This document shows, piece by piece, positions 7,583-17,426 of a stretch of DNA of 64,000 bases. Positions within the stretch are counted from its first letter, which is position 1, and each line of letters starts with the position of its first letter. The notes under the pieces were generated by a model. The model saw only the letters and a list, made by a program, of their open reading frames with translations, was not told the DNA's origin and did not search any database. The DNA is from Alphaproteobacteria bacterium (GTDB taxonomy: Bacteria > Pseudomonadota > Alphaproteobacteria > GCA-2746255), in NCBI GenBank assembly GCA_965249135.1, contig OZ252220.1, forward strand, positions 1,056,001-1,120,000, written 5' to 3'. The position numbers and the translations under genes were made by a program.

Positions 7583-8353
7583 TCAGGCAACGGCCCCCTT
7601 CAGTTGCGCCGGGCCGGGCGTGCCACTCGCCCATTCGAGGGTGCCGCCTTCTTTTTTGACTGCAATGCCGGCGTTCCCGCCTGACCCGCCGCCGCCATCA
7701 CCGGATTGACCGGAAGCTCCAGCCGCCCCAGGTGCCCCGCCAACGCCGCCATTTCCAGCGTTCCCTGGCCCAGACCCGCCAGCCCCGCCGGCCGTTTCCG
7801 TGCCTGCAGCGCCATTCGTGCCGCCTATGCTGGCGCCCGCCCCGCCGGCACCTGCATCTCGTCCAGCACCTCCGCCTGACCCGCCGCCGCCTTTCGTATC
7901 GTTGCCGCCACCGCCAGCACCAGCGGCGCCACCTCCGGCAAAGATCCCGCCAGATGAATTGACCTCGATGATCCAATAGTGGCCGCCAAGGCCGATGGCA
8001 TCGCCACCGTTGCCGCCTGAACTGCCAGGTAGCGCGCCGGTCCCGAATTTGCCGCCGCCGCCCGCCGCGCCCAGACCGCCCTTGCCACGAATGCCGCTCC
8101 CATCGCCGACATTGAGAGAAATGATCGTGCCGGGCGGCAGCGTCCCTGACTTGAGTGCTGCGGTCAGAACGTCCGCCGAATAGATGTCGGCGTTGCTGGA
8201 AAGCGTCAGCTCGAGCAGGGCCTTGGCGGTGCCGTCCCATGCCGTGTTCGTTTCGAACAGGCTCTCGATGGTCTGGTTCGCTGCGCCGGACGAGAGCGTG
8301 TAGGAATAGATGGGCAGCGTCTGCGAGATGATGGGAATGCGGGTGAGCAGCAT
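7583..8353 (-). CDS. glycine-rich tail-tip adhesin (gp38-like)
   Basis: IRGKGGLG..GGDAI..IFAGGG and long Gly-rich motifs; paralogue at 52650-53408. Confidence 0.7.
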   Translation of the reverse strand: MLLTRIPIISQTLPIYSYTLSSGAANQTIESLFETNTAWDGTAKALLELTLSSNADIYSADVLTAALKSGTLPPGTIISLNVGDGSGIRGKGGLGAAGGGGKFGTGALPGSSGGNGGDAIGLGGHYWIIEVNSSGGIFAGGGAAGAGGGGNDTKGGGGSGGGAGRDAGAGGAGASIGGTNGAAGTETAGGAGGSGPGNAGNGGVGGAPGAAGASGQSGDGGGGSGGNAGIAVKKEGGTLEWASGTPGPAQLKGAVA

Positions 8354-9213
8354 CAGGCGGACAGATCCCCGCCGAGCCACCACACATTCTGGGACCCTGC
8401 GGACTTTTTCACGACGCCGATTGCACTATGTTGGGCGGTAGTTTTTACACTCGACGACTTACTCTCGATCGTGTCCGATCCTTCGGTCACAACGGTGATC
8501 TGGCCGGTGCCGGCCTGGACGATGGTGCAGTTGAACCCAGCGTTAAGGGCCAGCGTCGAAGTCTCGGGGAGGGTGACGGTGACCGCCGAAGAAGACGTAA
8601 AGAAGATCATGGCGCCATTGTCGGCCGCCGCCAGCGGGCGCGCCGCCGCCGCGTCTGTAACGGCCAGCGCGTTGAACTGCGAAAGCTCATCGTCATCGCC
8701 GATGATAATGCCGCTGTCCTGAAGCGTCTTGCCGCCGGTGCCGTTGAAGCGGGCGATCCCATTGTCCGTCGAGCTTGCCGGCCCCGCCGCCGCATCCACC
8801 TGGTTCGCGTTGGCGCTGATGAGCTGCCACCAGTCGTTCACCGCATCGAAGATGAAGATGGCCTTCTGGCCGGCGGCGAGATCCCCTGCAGCAAGCGCCG
8901 AATTGAAGCCCTTGCGGATGTCCTTCGCGCCGATTGCACCGGCGTTCAGGGTCGCCGCGCCGGTGACGGTGGCATTCACTTCGGCGGCGACCATAAGCCC
9001 GTCATAGTAAGCGGGTATTGTCTGGTTCAACGCGACGGCCAGCGTGTTAGCTGCCCCGGTCGCAATCAGGCTGCCGTTGATGTCCTTGTGCCAGCGGGCG
9101 AGCAGCCCCTCGAGCGCCCGGGCGCCATTGTTCACGGTCGACGGGTTCTGATTCTCAGGGAAACGCGCCGTGTTGGACGCATCCGTTACGTCGAGATCGT
9201 TGATCTCTGCCAT
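8353..9213 (-). CDS. phage tail fibre protein
   Basis: DASNTARFPENQNPSTVNNGARAL N-terminus; SSTDNGIARFNGTGGK; W..GDL C-terminus. Confidence 0.75.
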   Translation of the reverse strand: MAEINDLDVTDASNTARFPENQNPSTVNNGARALEGLLARWHKDINGSLIATGAANTLAVALNQTIPAYYDGLMVAAEVNATVTGAATLNAGAIGAKDIRKGFNSALAAGDLAAGQKAIFIFDAVNDWWQLISANANQVDAAAGPASSTDNGIARFNGTGGKTLQDSGIIIGDDDELSQFNALAVTDAAAARPLAAADNGAMIFFTSSSAVTVTLPETSTLALNAGFNCTIVQAGTGQITVVTEGSDTIESKSSSVKTTAQHSAIGVVKKSAGSQNVWWLGGDLSA

Positions 9214-9283
9214 CGGTCACTCCTGATTTTTGGCAAGAAAAAACCCGCCGGAGCGGGGTCGTTTTAGAAAAGACTGTTAAGGC

Positions 9284-9438
9284 GGGGGCGGGCCATGGCC
9301 GCCCAAGGTCTGGCGTTCGCCTATCGCCGGTATTCCGATTTATACGTCGCTACCGAGGAATCCGCGGAAGCTGCCGGCGCCGGAGTCTGGTCCGAAGACG
9401 TGGCACCGCCTTGGGAATGGCGGAAGAAAAACCGCTAG
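9284..9438 (+). pseudogene. thermonuclease (SNase) C-terminal fragment
   Basis: Translates to AMAAQGLAFAYRRYSDLYVATEESAEAAGAGVWS...PPWEWRK*; 5' part absent. Confidence 0.7.
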
Positions 9439-9666
9439 GGCTCTGTGGTGATCGACCAAAGAATTGCCACCGCTCCTAGTTGCATCGCATCGGCCTCATC
9501 TTCGAACCAGACACATGGGTCTGAGACCTCGATTCGCATCCGTCCCATGAGCCCGGAATACCATCGGAACCCTGGGTCTTCGTCTTCTTCGTCTAGCCTG
9601 TCGTAGCCGAAGAGCCCTAGATGTTCGAGGTTTTCTGGCGGGATCCTGGCCCAAGGCATGGCTGGA

Positions 9667-10005
9667 TTAGGCGCACGCGGGCGCGGTGGCAACGCGTACA
9701 GTACCCCCAAATTTCGGCCGGAGGCCCCTAATTGACCTGAGCGCCTCAACGGGAATCGCCGGCGGGACCGTGATTAAATTAAGCGTCTCGAGTTCAAGGC
9801 TATAGAAACGCCTAGCGTAGGAGACGATCGTCTCCCGCACCACTTCCTCGATTTCTGGAATGCTGGCTCGCTCGAAGCAAAACCAAGGCTCCGATTTGGT
9901 GAAGGCAAGATACCGCTCGCTATCTTCGCCGCATTCGGCAAGATTGATTGCGAGCGCGCCTAGCTTACGCCCCAGCTCTTCCTTGCGTTGCTCTAGCGTG
10001 TCCAT
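9667..10005 (-). CDS. hypothetical moron protein
   Basis: GAGGAG RBS; 112-aa ORF; no confident family. Confidence 0.5.
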   Translation of the reverse strand: MDTLEQRKEELGRKLGALAINLAECGEDSERYLAFTKSEPWFCFERASIPEIEEVVRETIVSYARRFYSLELETLNLITVPPAIPVEALRSIRGLRPKFGGTVRVATAPACA

Positions 10006-10127
10006 CGCAGTTCTCCTCTGCTGAGCTCTGCAAATGGAAAGTAACGGTACAACCCCTTAAAATTCCTTAAGAAGCTGTTTCTTCGCCGTTCGCCTCCCCC
10101 CGCAGCGGCTCACCTCACAATATGACT

Positions 10128-10270
10128 GCTTCGACCAACCAGGACAAGTGCCCTATGGACGGCCCGGATCTGCGCCCGGCTCAAGGTCCAGGCCCGATGT
10201 GTTGCCCGGTGGACCCCTTGGTGTGCCAGCTCCCTCAGCGGCGATCACCTAGAGATCGCAAGGCAGCGTA
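10128..10270. repeat. 143-bp dispersed repeat, copy 2
   Basis: Matches 2050-2192. Confidence 0.9.
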
Positions 10271-10529
10271 TTTCCGCGCTTGGAGAATCTTTCTGAGACC
10301 GCACGCAGGTATGATAGGGGGAGAAATAAATCAATATTGCGGCGGTTCCGATGATTGCCGCAGCAAGAATGAGGGCAATTTTAATCGGATCGCCCATGTC
10401 TAAAAACTGCTTTTCTTTTAGATGCCAGATGAATTTTCTAAGCAGGAACAAAGCCCCTGCAATCAGGGCTAGAAACGAAACAAACAGGATAAAGTAGAAT
10501 CCAGCCTCAAATATACCCGCCATCGTCAA
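10245..10529 (-). CDS. small two-TM membrane protein
   Basis: Two hydrophobic helices; FSPYHTCVR...RC periplasmic tail; AT-rich. Confidence 0.55.
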   Translation of the reverse strand: MTMAGIFEAGFYFILFVSFLALIAGALFLLRKFIWHLKEKQFLDMGDPIKIALILAAAIIGTAAILIYFSPYHTCVRSQKDSPSAEIRCLAISR

Positions 10530-10738
10530 AGTCTCGGCTTACAAATTCCTTGACACGTCCTGTCGTGTCCGTCAGCCGTCGATTTTCCTGCCGATCCACA
10601 TCAGCGCGCGGCCATATCCAAAAAACACGGCTGCCAAGATCGGCACACCGATAAGAAAGAGCATGAACCCAACGGCCACGTCGGGATTGACCAGCGCGGC
10701 GATGAAGAAAACCGATAGGCCGACGGAATACTTTCTTC

Positions 10739-13700
10739 TTACCGTTTCCTTACCGAAACGCTGCTCTTCTTTGCGTATTCCTGACGCTCTTTTATCAACC
10801 TCTTGACCCATTCCCGATACTGCCCCGTCAGATCCCGCCGGTCTTCCGGCGAGAGGTTCTTGTTTCGAAGGACGGACCGCATGCGCTGATCCGCTTCCTT
10901 GATCTCGAAATCCATCCAGCGGAGGTTTCGCTGGCGCTGTTTGGCGGGCTCGACCGGGTAGACGTTAAGGCCGAAAAGCCGGCTTGTCGACTGCCCCTCC
11001 GTGAGCAGCGGATCGCCATATCGGTTCACATCGCCTTTGATGGTGCGGAGCATGTGGCCGGCAAATCCGCGATCCGTCAGCCAGGAAGGCGCTCCCAGTG
11101 TGTAGATGAAGTTCAGCGCCGCCTTCAGGCGAATGGAAGGCGGGTCCGATTCGTTCCAGATCTTGCGCTTCGTGAATGGGTCGATGCCGGTCGAGATCGC
11201 CATGATGATCTGGGGGATCGGGCCGCCAAAGAGGCCGGTGTTCGAGAATACGTCCTGAACGTCGCCGCGCTCGATAGCCGAATAAGTTTCCGAGAAAAGG
11301 CTCCACGGCATCATGTAGCCGAAGTTCAGATACTGCCAGCGGCCATGCTCGTCCTTCCACGGCAGGAGGTAGACGCTGCCCTGGTCGCGCAGCCATTCCG
11401 GAAGCGCAAGCTTCAACGCCTCCCAGTCCTTGTCGTCGATATCCCAGTCTTCCTGCACCGCCTCGGCGAGCGCATAGGGAAGCACGACGTAGGGCACATA
11501 CCGCCACGGCGCCGTCACCGCCGTCTCGATTATGCGGGGAGCGACCTTGTAGTAAAACGTTAAAAACGGAACCCCGACCGCCGAATTGCGCGCGTAGCGC
11601 ACCGCTGGCGGAATCAAGCTGTAATCGAAGACCGCTTCGTGGGCCTCGATGGCTGCCTGCTCCGCCGTCTTCCCGTTCGCCTCCATCTCGTATCTGATCT
11701 TGGCGGTTTTGTTCAGGCCTTCGCTCAACTGGTAGAGATCCCCCGCCTTCCCGGCGATGACGCCGGCCATGTGCCTCATCAGAGCCAAGGGGTGGCCGCC
11801 CTTTGCCTGGGCGCGGGTAAGCGCCGTATTCATTCGGACCAGCTCATTGGCCGAGAAGGAAGCCGCCGTCACACCGTACTGCTTGGCGATCTTCCAGTAT
11901 TTCCCGTTTTTCGCCATGTCGGCGCCGGCCTGCACCCAGAGGTCCGGAACCCGATGAAGGGGGACGCCGGAAATGTTCAGCAGAATTCCGTTCGAGATGA
12001 AGTTCCTGATCTGGGTCGGCGGGTTCAACGCCACCTTCGAAAGCTTCCACCATCGCGTGATCTTGGTGCCGACGCCGCCCTGGCCGAAGACGCTCTCGAA
12101 TACAGTCTCCGACTTCAAGGCCATGGCGCCGACCAGATCGTTGTAGATCTCCTTGCGGACATAGAGACCGCGCAACTCGCCGTACCGCTTCGAATCTGGG
12201 ATCTGCCTGTAGTCGTCCGGCACCCTGTTCATGGAAAGGAGTCTGGGCTCGACGATGGCGTCGATTTCCTTGGCTCGATTCTCGGCGACCACCTTTTGCT
12301 CCGGGTCCGAATAGTAGGGCAGCCGCGATTTGATCTCCGTAGCCTGGTCGTGCAGCCAGTGAATGGAAACCCGCTTTCCCTCCCATTCGACGACGTTCTC
12401 CGGGAAGACCCATTCCGGGTTCGAGGCGATCCCTTGCAGAAAATCGCTGATCGCCACGTCGCGCAACGGCTGGATAAAGCCGCGCGCCGCCAGATAGCCT
12501 GGGTCTTGGATCTCGCCAAGGATGGCGCGGTCTTCGGCCGAAATATTCTTCCGTTCCTTCAGATAGCCCTGCCGCGAAATTCTCTTATCGGACCCGGCCG
12601 AAGAAAGCGGCTCTTCAAGAATGTGCTTCAGATAAACCCGCGGCAGGTATTCGTCCTGGTATTTCTCGTAGGATTCCCTGGAAAGCAGGCCCTTGCTCAC
12701 CAGTATCTTGCCGACCCTGTCGATCATCCGCTTGGTGCCTACTGCGTGAGCGCGCACGTCGGGATCCTGGATGGCGGCCGGCTGCGCGCCTTTGGTCGTG
12801 AGGTACGCATAAGCTGCGCGCTTATCCCCTTCGCTGGCGTTATCGAAGACCATGGACATTTTCTTACCGATCTCTTCGACCTTCGTGATCCGGCCAAGGG
12901 TGCGGTAGCGCGGCCCAAGATAGGCCTTCTGCTCTGGCAGTCTGCCAAGCGCCCCGTACCAGCCGAAATAACGGTCTGCGATCTGGCCGTACTTCTGTTT
13001 GGCGGCTTCCGTAAAGGCCTGAAGCGGGCCTATGGCCCTTGCGATTTTAGGCCCTTCCCCGCCCCCTTCCTGGGGAGGCTTGAAACCAGCCTTGTCCGGC
13101 ACCGCCGGCACACTTATATTAGGGTTAGGCTCCGCTCCCTCGGCGGCCTGTATACCCAAGGGCTTCCGTGCGTAGGGTTGGCTAGGGTTAACCCCTTCCT
13201 TCCCACCGGGGCCACCTTCCACAATCTCATAGCCGGACAGCACCCAGGTCTCGCGGTCGCCGTGGCGGTAGAGCGAGAGAATGGCCTTGTTGCCTCGATA
13301 AACGATGTTGGCTCGACGGGCATTTGGCGGGCCGGAAAGCCGGGCCAGTTTTCCCCTGGCGAGCGTTTCCGGCAAAACCTCGCGCACGAATTGCTGCCCG
13401 TCGCCGCCTTCGAGATCGCGTCGGGCGATGATATGGGAAAGGCCCCATCCACCATCGAAGCTGCGTTCTGAATTCCCGGGCTCGCCATAGTCGATCGTGA
13501 TGCTGCCTAGGTCCGGCCGGCTCATTGCGTCTTGCACGGAAGTCTCGTCACGCAAAACCACATCCACGGCGGCGCGGCCCTTCGCGAATTCCGTGACGAA
13601 TGGGGCCTGCGGCTGCTCGCCTTTGGCCTCTCCCGTAACGTGTACGTTACCAGGAGTGGCCGTCTCCGCTTCGACGATGGGAACACTAGGACCAGACGAA

Positions 13701-14644
13701 GATGGGGCTTCTTCTGGCACTTGAGCAGGAGAAGTCCTTTCGCGCAGCCCTGCCACCGCGCCGCCAGTCCCGCTGATACCGCCACCAGAAAGGGCGCCTG
13801 CGATCGCGTTGTCGACAATCTGATCGAACCGCTCCCGTGTAGCGAACGCCCGGCCTGACATCTGGGATTGGGCGAACTGCGAGATCGTCTCCTGCAACCC
13901 TTCCGTGATGCCCTCCACCGTGAAGCCCCTAGCAGCCTCATTGGTGATCCGCTTGATGAGGGCCTCGCGAAGCCCTTTCTTTACGAAACTGCCGCCCACC
14001 TTTCCGAGACCGATCACATCCAGCGCCGCCATGGGGATTGCCGCGATGGTGGCGGCCAGCGCCACGTTCTTTCGTGAGATATTGCCGCTTGCGATCTCGG
14101 CTTGGAGTTCCTGTTTAAGGCCGGCGTGAACGTCGCCGAGATTCTGAATGTAGGAAGGGCCGGTAGCCCCCACCGCAAAGCCGATAATGGGATTCGCGGT
14201 GACAGCCGAAGTCGCCCCGCCAATAACGAGGCTTGGCGCCATCGAAGCGACGCCTTGGCCAAATTGAAAACCCGCATATCGGCCAACATCGCCGAGACTT
14301 TCGATGTCGCGGTAGGAAGGCACGTCGGCCTGGTATTTCTTGAGTTCGTCTTCGCCGAAGCCACGCACCCGCTCGCCGGCGTCGATCAACCACTGTTGGC
14401 CGGAAAGCACGCCAACCGCATCCAGCGCCTCGCCGGCCATGGTTGGGTTCGTGCCGATCATTCCACCGGTGAAACCCTTCATGAGTTCGCCGTCATCGTC
14501 CGGCGCGCGCCTTTTCTCCGGTCCTAGGATTTTAAGGCCGGCTTCCGGTGCCGGGCCTAAGATTCGAAGTTCCGGCTTTTTCTCCGGTCCTAGGATTTTA
14601 AGGCCGGCTTCCGGTGCCGGGCCTAAGATTCGAAGTTCCGGCAT
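10739..14644 (-). CDS. large DNA-injection / polyvalent phage protein (~1300 aa)
   Basis: Likely start at 14644 (TAATG overlap); TVEGITEGLQE, YLPRVY, LNPPTQIRNFISN, FDYS..P motifs; inserted GWGLSHII domain. Confidence 0.8.
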   Translation of the reverse strand: MPELRILGPAPEAGLKILGPEKKPELRILGPAPEAGLKILGPEKRRAPDDDGELMKGFTGGMIGTNPTMAGEALDAVGVLSGQQWLIDAGERVRGFGEDELKKYQADVPSYRDIESLGDVGRYAGFQFGQGVASMAPSLVIGGATSAVTANPIIGFAVGATGPSYIQNLGDVHAGLKQELQAEIASGNISRKNVALAATIAAIPMAALDVIGLGKVGGSFVKKGLREALIKRITNEAARGFTVEGITEGLQETISQFAQSQMSGRAFATRERFDQIVDNAIAGALSGGGISGTGGAVAGLRERTSPAQVPEEAPSSSGPSVPIVEAETATPGNVHVTGEAKGEQPQAPFVTEFAKGRAAVDVVLRDETSVQDAMSRPDLGSITIDYGEPGNSERSFDGGWGLSHIIARRDLEGGDGQQFVREVLPETLARGKLARLSGPPNARRANIVYRGNKAILSLYRHGDRETWVLSGYEIVEGGPGGKEGVNPSQPYARKPLGIQAAEGAEPNPNISVPAVPDKAGFKPPQEGGGEGPKIARAIGPLQAFTEAAKQKYGQIADRYFGWYGALGRLPEQKAYLGPRYRTLGRITKVEEIGKKMSMVFDNASEGDKRAAYAYLTTKGAQPAAIQDPDVRAHAVGTKRMIDRVGKILVSKGLLSRESYEKYQDEYLPRVYLKHILEEPLSSAGSDKRISRQGYLKERKNISAEDRAILGEIQDPGYLAARGFIQPLRDVAISDFLQGIASNPEWVFPENVVEWEGKRVSIHWLHDQATEIKSRLPYYSDPEQKVVAENRAKEIDAIVEPRLLSMNRVPDDYRQIPDSKRYGELRGLYVRKEIYNDLVGAMALKSETVFESVFGQGGVGTKITRWWKLSKVALNPPTQIRNFISNGILLNISGVPLHRVPDLWVQAGADMAKNGKYWKIAKQYGVTAASFSANELVRMNTALTRAQAKGGHPLALMRHMAGVIAGKAGDLYQLSEGLNKTAKIRYEMEANGKTAEQAAIEAHEAVFDYSLIPPAVRYARNSAVGVPFLTFYYKVAPRIIETAVTAPWRYVPYVVLPYALAEAVQEDWDIDDKDWEALKLALPEWLRDQGSVYLLPWKDEHGRWQYLNFGYMMPWSLFSETYSAIERGDVQDVFSNTGLFGGPIPQIIMAISTGIDPFTKRKIWNESDPPSIRLKAALNFIYTLGAPSWLTDRGFAGHMLRTIKGDVNRYGDPLLTEGQSTSRLFGLNVYPVEPAKQRQRNLRWMDFEIKEADQRMRSVLRNKNLSPEDRRDLTGQYREWVKRLIKERQEYAKKSSVSVRKR
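14512..14642. repeat. 66-bp in-frame tandem duplication
   Basis: PELRILGPAPEAGLKILGPEK encoded twice with identical DNA. Confidence 0.9.
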
Positions 14645-15704
14645 TACCTGCCGGCCCGGAAGGACTGACCGGTCTGCGGGTCGCGAACCGTGACCGTGCC
14701 GTCGGGATGCTCGGTGACCACCTCGTATGCTTTGCCCTGGATGGTGACCGTGTTTGCCTGGGAGGCTTTCGGCTGGTTGGGACCGCCACCGATTCCGAAG
14801 GGCTTGCGCATCGTCATGGCGTCGAGAAGCCCCCTCATTGAGAATTCCGGCTTGGCGGTCGTCTGGCCTGTGGCAGCCTCTCCCGTTGACCCCGCAATAC
14901 CCGGTTCCATAAGCCCCCCACCACCGCCGCCTTCCGGCGAAGTGGCCCTCATGCCGGGCAGCGTCCATGTCGGAAAAATATCCTGGGTCATCTGGAGCGC
15001 CGTCAGCTTCGCTTCCTCCTGTGGCGTGTACGCTTTAAGCAGGGTGTTCAGCGTATCCTGATACAAGCCGACGGGACCCTTGTGTGGCGACTGGTTCGCC
15101 TTGGCGAGCGCGGCTTCCCAAGAAAGGCCGAGATGCTTCTGGTAAGCAGCGGCCATCTTGAGCTTTGCTGGGTCCGCGCCTTCGGTGCCTGGCATCTTGG
15201 GCCCGCCAAGCGGCATATATTTCCCAGCGGCAGAATCCCATTGAACGTATTGCTCGCGGCCATCTTCTCCGTAAATTTTCTTCACTTCCGGTGCGCCCGC
15301 TGACGCGAAGAGCGAAAGGGCAGCACTTGGGTAAGCCTCAAGGGCGGCTCCCTGGATGCCCGGGTCCATGAGGCTGCCGCCGCCCTTCAGGTGGCCTGCA
15401 ACTTGAGCGCGGGCACCGCGCTTGGACCGGATGCCGCGAATCCGCTCGAGCGCGCTTTCCATCTTCATCTGGTTCGACATGCCCATCTCACGGGCCTGGA
15501 CGAAGTTCTGCAATCCCTCGCCGAACGCCTGACCGGTTGATCGTGGCGTAAGCGACGGACCGCTGTTCTTCAAAAGCCCGGCCGCCATCGCCAGAAGCGC
15601 CTGGGAGTTCACGTTCCGGCTGGTGTTCGGCCGGCTGGGATTCGGGTTGACGCCATCGCCATAAGGGTTCTGCTGGCCGCGTTCAAAGATGTCGAAGAAC
15701 CCAT
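14644..15704 (-). CDS. DNA-transfer (pilot) protein, apparently frameshifted at codon 2
   Basis: AGGAGG RBS and ATG at 15704 are out of frame with GFFDIFERG...; ALLAMAAGLL..SGPS motif; syntenic with 59862-60914. Confidence 0.65.
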
Positions 15705-15713
15705 CGCGCCCTC

Positions 15714-16544
15714 CTAAGTAAATGACCCAAGGAGCCCGCCGCCGCCGGCCATCGCCGCCAGCGTCCACGGATTCGAAAAGCCAAGCATGCCTGCGGCGCC
15801 CAAGCCACCCAGCGCGCCGCCCATGATGCCGGCGCCCCGGTTGCTGTAAAGGGGCTGCTGAGAAGTCGCCGTCGATCCCGGCAGGCCCTGGACGATATTG
15901 TGATAAAGCCCGAGGCGCTCCCAAGGTTCGGTCTGCGGGAACTGGAAGCGATTGATTTCTTCCTGAAGATTCCGCCCAGCCAGATCTTCATGGGCAGCGC
16001 CAACGCTGGAGAGCGCCCCGATGTCCGTGTAGTCCGTGGCGCCCAGCATGGGTGCCATCATGGAATATTTTCCCATGCGGTCGCGCTCGCTCTCATAGGC
16101 CCCGTAGGCATAAGGCGCCGCCGCTTCCGTGAAGCCCCGCGATAGGGCCTCCGTCTGGCCCGCTCCCCCGCCGAGGCGCCCGGCGCCGGCGAACTGGCCG
16201 GAGACCCTTGGATTCACCTGGCTCCAGATGCTGCCGGAAACCGCGCCGAGATGCGGGTTCCCGGCCGTCAGATATTCTCCGCCAAGAGTCCTCTCGGCCT
16301 CCGCCTTGGCCGCATCCTCGACCGGCGATCCTTCGATGGCGCGGCCTTCCATGAGGGCAAGCGCCTGCCTGGTCTGCGGCGCGAACGGGACGACGGTGCT
16401 GTCCGGGAAGTAGGAAAAGGGCTGCCCGCTCAGGGTGCCGGCTTGGCTCGCGATCGACTGCACATGAGGCTTCAGATACTCGGGTGGCTCGCTCTTGTTG
16501 ATGACTTCTCGCGTACCTGAAGATCCGCCGCTGCTGCCGCCCAT
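15714..16544 (-). CDS. DNA-transfer / internal virion protein
   Basis: MGGSSGG..EPPEYLKP, GNPHL, C-terminal Gly/Ala hydrophobic tail; paralogue at 60932-61843. Confidence 0.75.
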   Translation of the reverse strand: MGGSSGGSSGTREVINKSEPPEYLKPHVQSIASQAGTLSGQPFSYFPDSTVVPFAPQTRQALALMEGRAIEGSPVEDAAKAEAERTLGGEYLTAGNPHLGAVSGSIWSQVNPRVSGQFAGAGRLGGGAGQTEALSRGFTEAAAPYAYGAYESERDRMGKYSMMAPMLGATDYTDIGALSSVGAAHEDLAGRNLQEEINRFQFPQTEPWERLGLYHNIVQGLPGSTATSQQPLYSNRGAGIMGGALGGLGAAGMLGFSNPWTLAAMAGGGGLLGSFT

Positions 16545-16545
16545 A

Positions 16546-16977
16546 TCAGAGTTCCTTTTCCAAGATCACATGGGTCATCTCGTACCCTTTCGGCGCGAGT
16601 ATCCGCGCCCAGCCTTTTCGCGCTTCGTGCTTCATGCCCCTGCACCCGTTCGCCGCCGCCCACGCCTCAATCTCGTCCATAAAATGAAGCCATTCCTTCA
16701 TCCCGTTCCCGGTGCATCCGAAGATCTTGCAGACCGTCTTTCGCGGGTAGCGGACGATTTCGGTGATGGCGATGGCCAAAATGCCATCTCCTTCCGTCAC
16801 CCAGAGCTGCATGTCGCCGTTGACGATGAATTCGAAGATGCCGTCCGCCGTGATGCTGCCGCGCGACGCCGCCACGATCCCATCGACCAGTGGCAGAACC
16901 TGCCGCCAGACCTCGGCCACGGAGCTATCCGAGTACCGCGTCAGGGACAATTCGATGGGTTTTAGACATGACTCCAT
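16546..16977 (-). CDS. phage GNAT-like protein
   Basis: MQLWV..ITEIVRYP..EAWAAANGC..ARKGWARIL; paralogue at 61845-62339. Confidence 0.75.
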   Translation of the reverse strand: MESCLKPIELSLTRYSDSSVAEVWRQVLPLVDGIVAASRGSITADGIFEFIVNGDMQLWVTEGDGILAIAITEIVRYPRKTVCKIFGCTGNGMKEWLHFMDEIEAWAAANGCRGMKHEARKGWARILAPKGYEMTHVILEKEL

Positions 16978-17057
16978 GTTCGTCCCGTCAGCACTTCAGA
17001 AATTCTTGATTGGCCCACTCCGGCCGGTTGGCTTTGATTTAAAGATTCGCATCTTCA

Positions 17058-17426
17058 TTACCCAAGAATCGCATAGCCAAACGTCCGGTCGGCGTTGGCG
17101 TTGTTGGCGTGGGTGATGGTTGCTGATTGTCCTGTTCTTGCGCTGACATACATGCCTCCGGCGCCGATTTCGGCTGCTGCGTTGGCCGTCAAAGGGACGA
17201 ACGGGATCACCGAACTCGGCCCGATCCGGATGTCGGTAAGCGTCGACGCCGCCTGATTGGCCGTCAGCGTGACCTCGCCGGTGGCCATGATCTTGCCTTC
17301 CTGGAGCTGGCGGATGGCATTCGCGAGCAGCCAGAAATTCTCCTCCGGGCTCGATTTGCCGTCATAGAACAGGGGCACGAACATGCTGACGTCTTGGGCC
17401 GATTTGCGCGGGCTCGCCACCGCCAT
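17058..17426 (-). CDS. small tail-associated protein
   Basis: GEVTLTA...PLTANAAAE...ITHANNANADRTF; paralogue at 62296-62652. Confidence 0.75.
   Translation of the reverse strand: MAVASPRKSAQDVSMFVPLFYDGKSSPEENFWLLANAIRQLQEGKIMATGEVTLTANQAASTLTDIRIGPSSVIPFVPLTANAAAEIGAGGMYVSARTGQSATITHANNANADRTFGYAILG

Noticed and set aside
2050-10270. Diversity-generating retroelement TR/VR pair
   Set aside because: Only two differences (A in one copy, G in the other), no reverse transcriptase in the window and no lectin-like target gene
11639-13471. Long opposite-strand ORFs (also 25711-27468, 34760-36172, 38905-40818, 41247-42509, 57477-58538)
   Set aside because: Shadow frames of GC-rich real genes with no recognisable motifs
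14645-14968. N-terminal ORF-track extensions (also of egtD, glyS, the glycosyltransferase, GST and 62296-63018)
   Set aside because: They overlap upstream genes; downstream starts with RBS or stop-start coupling fit better
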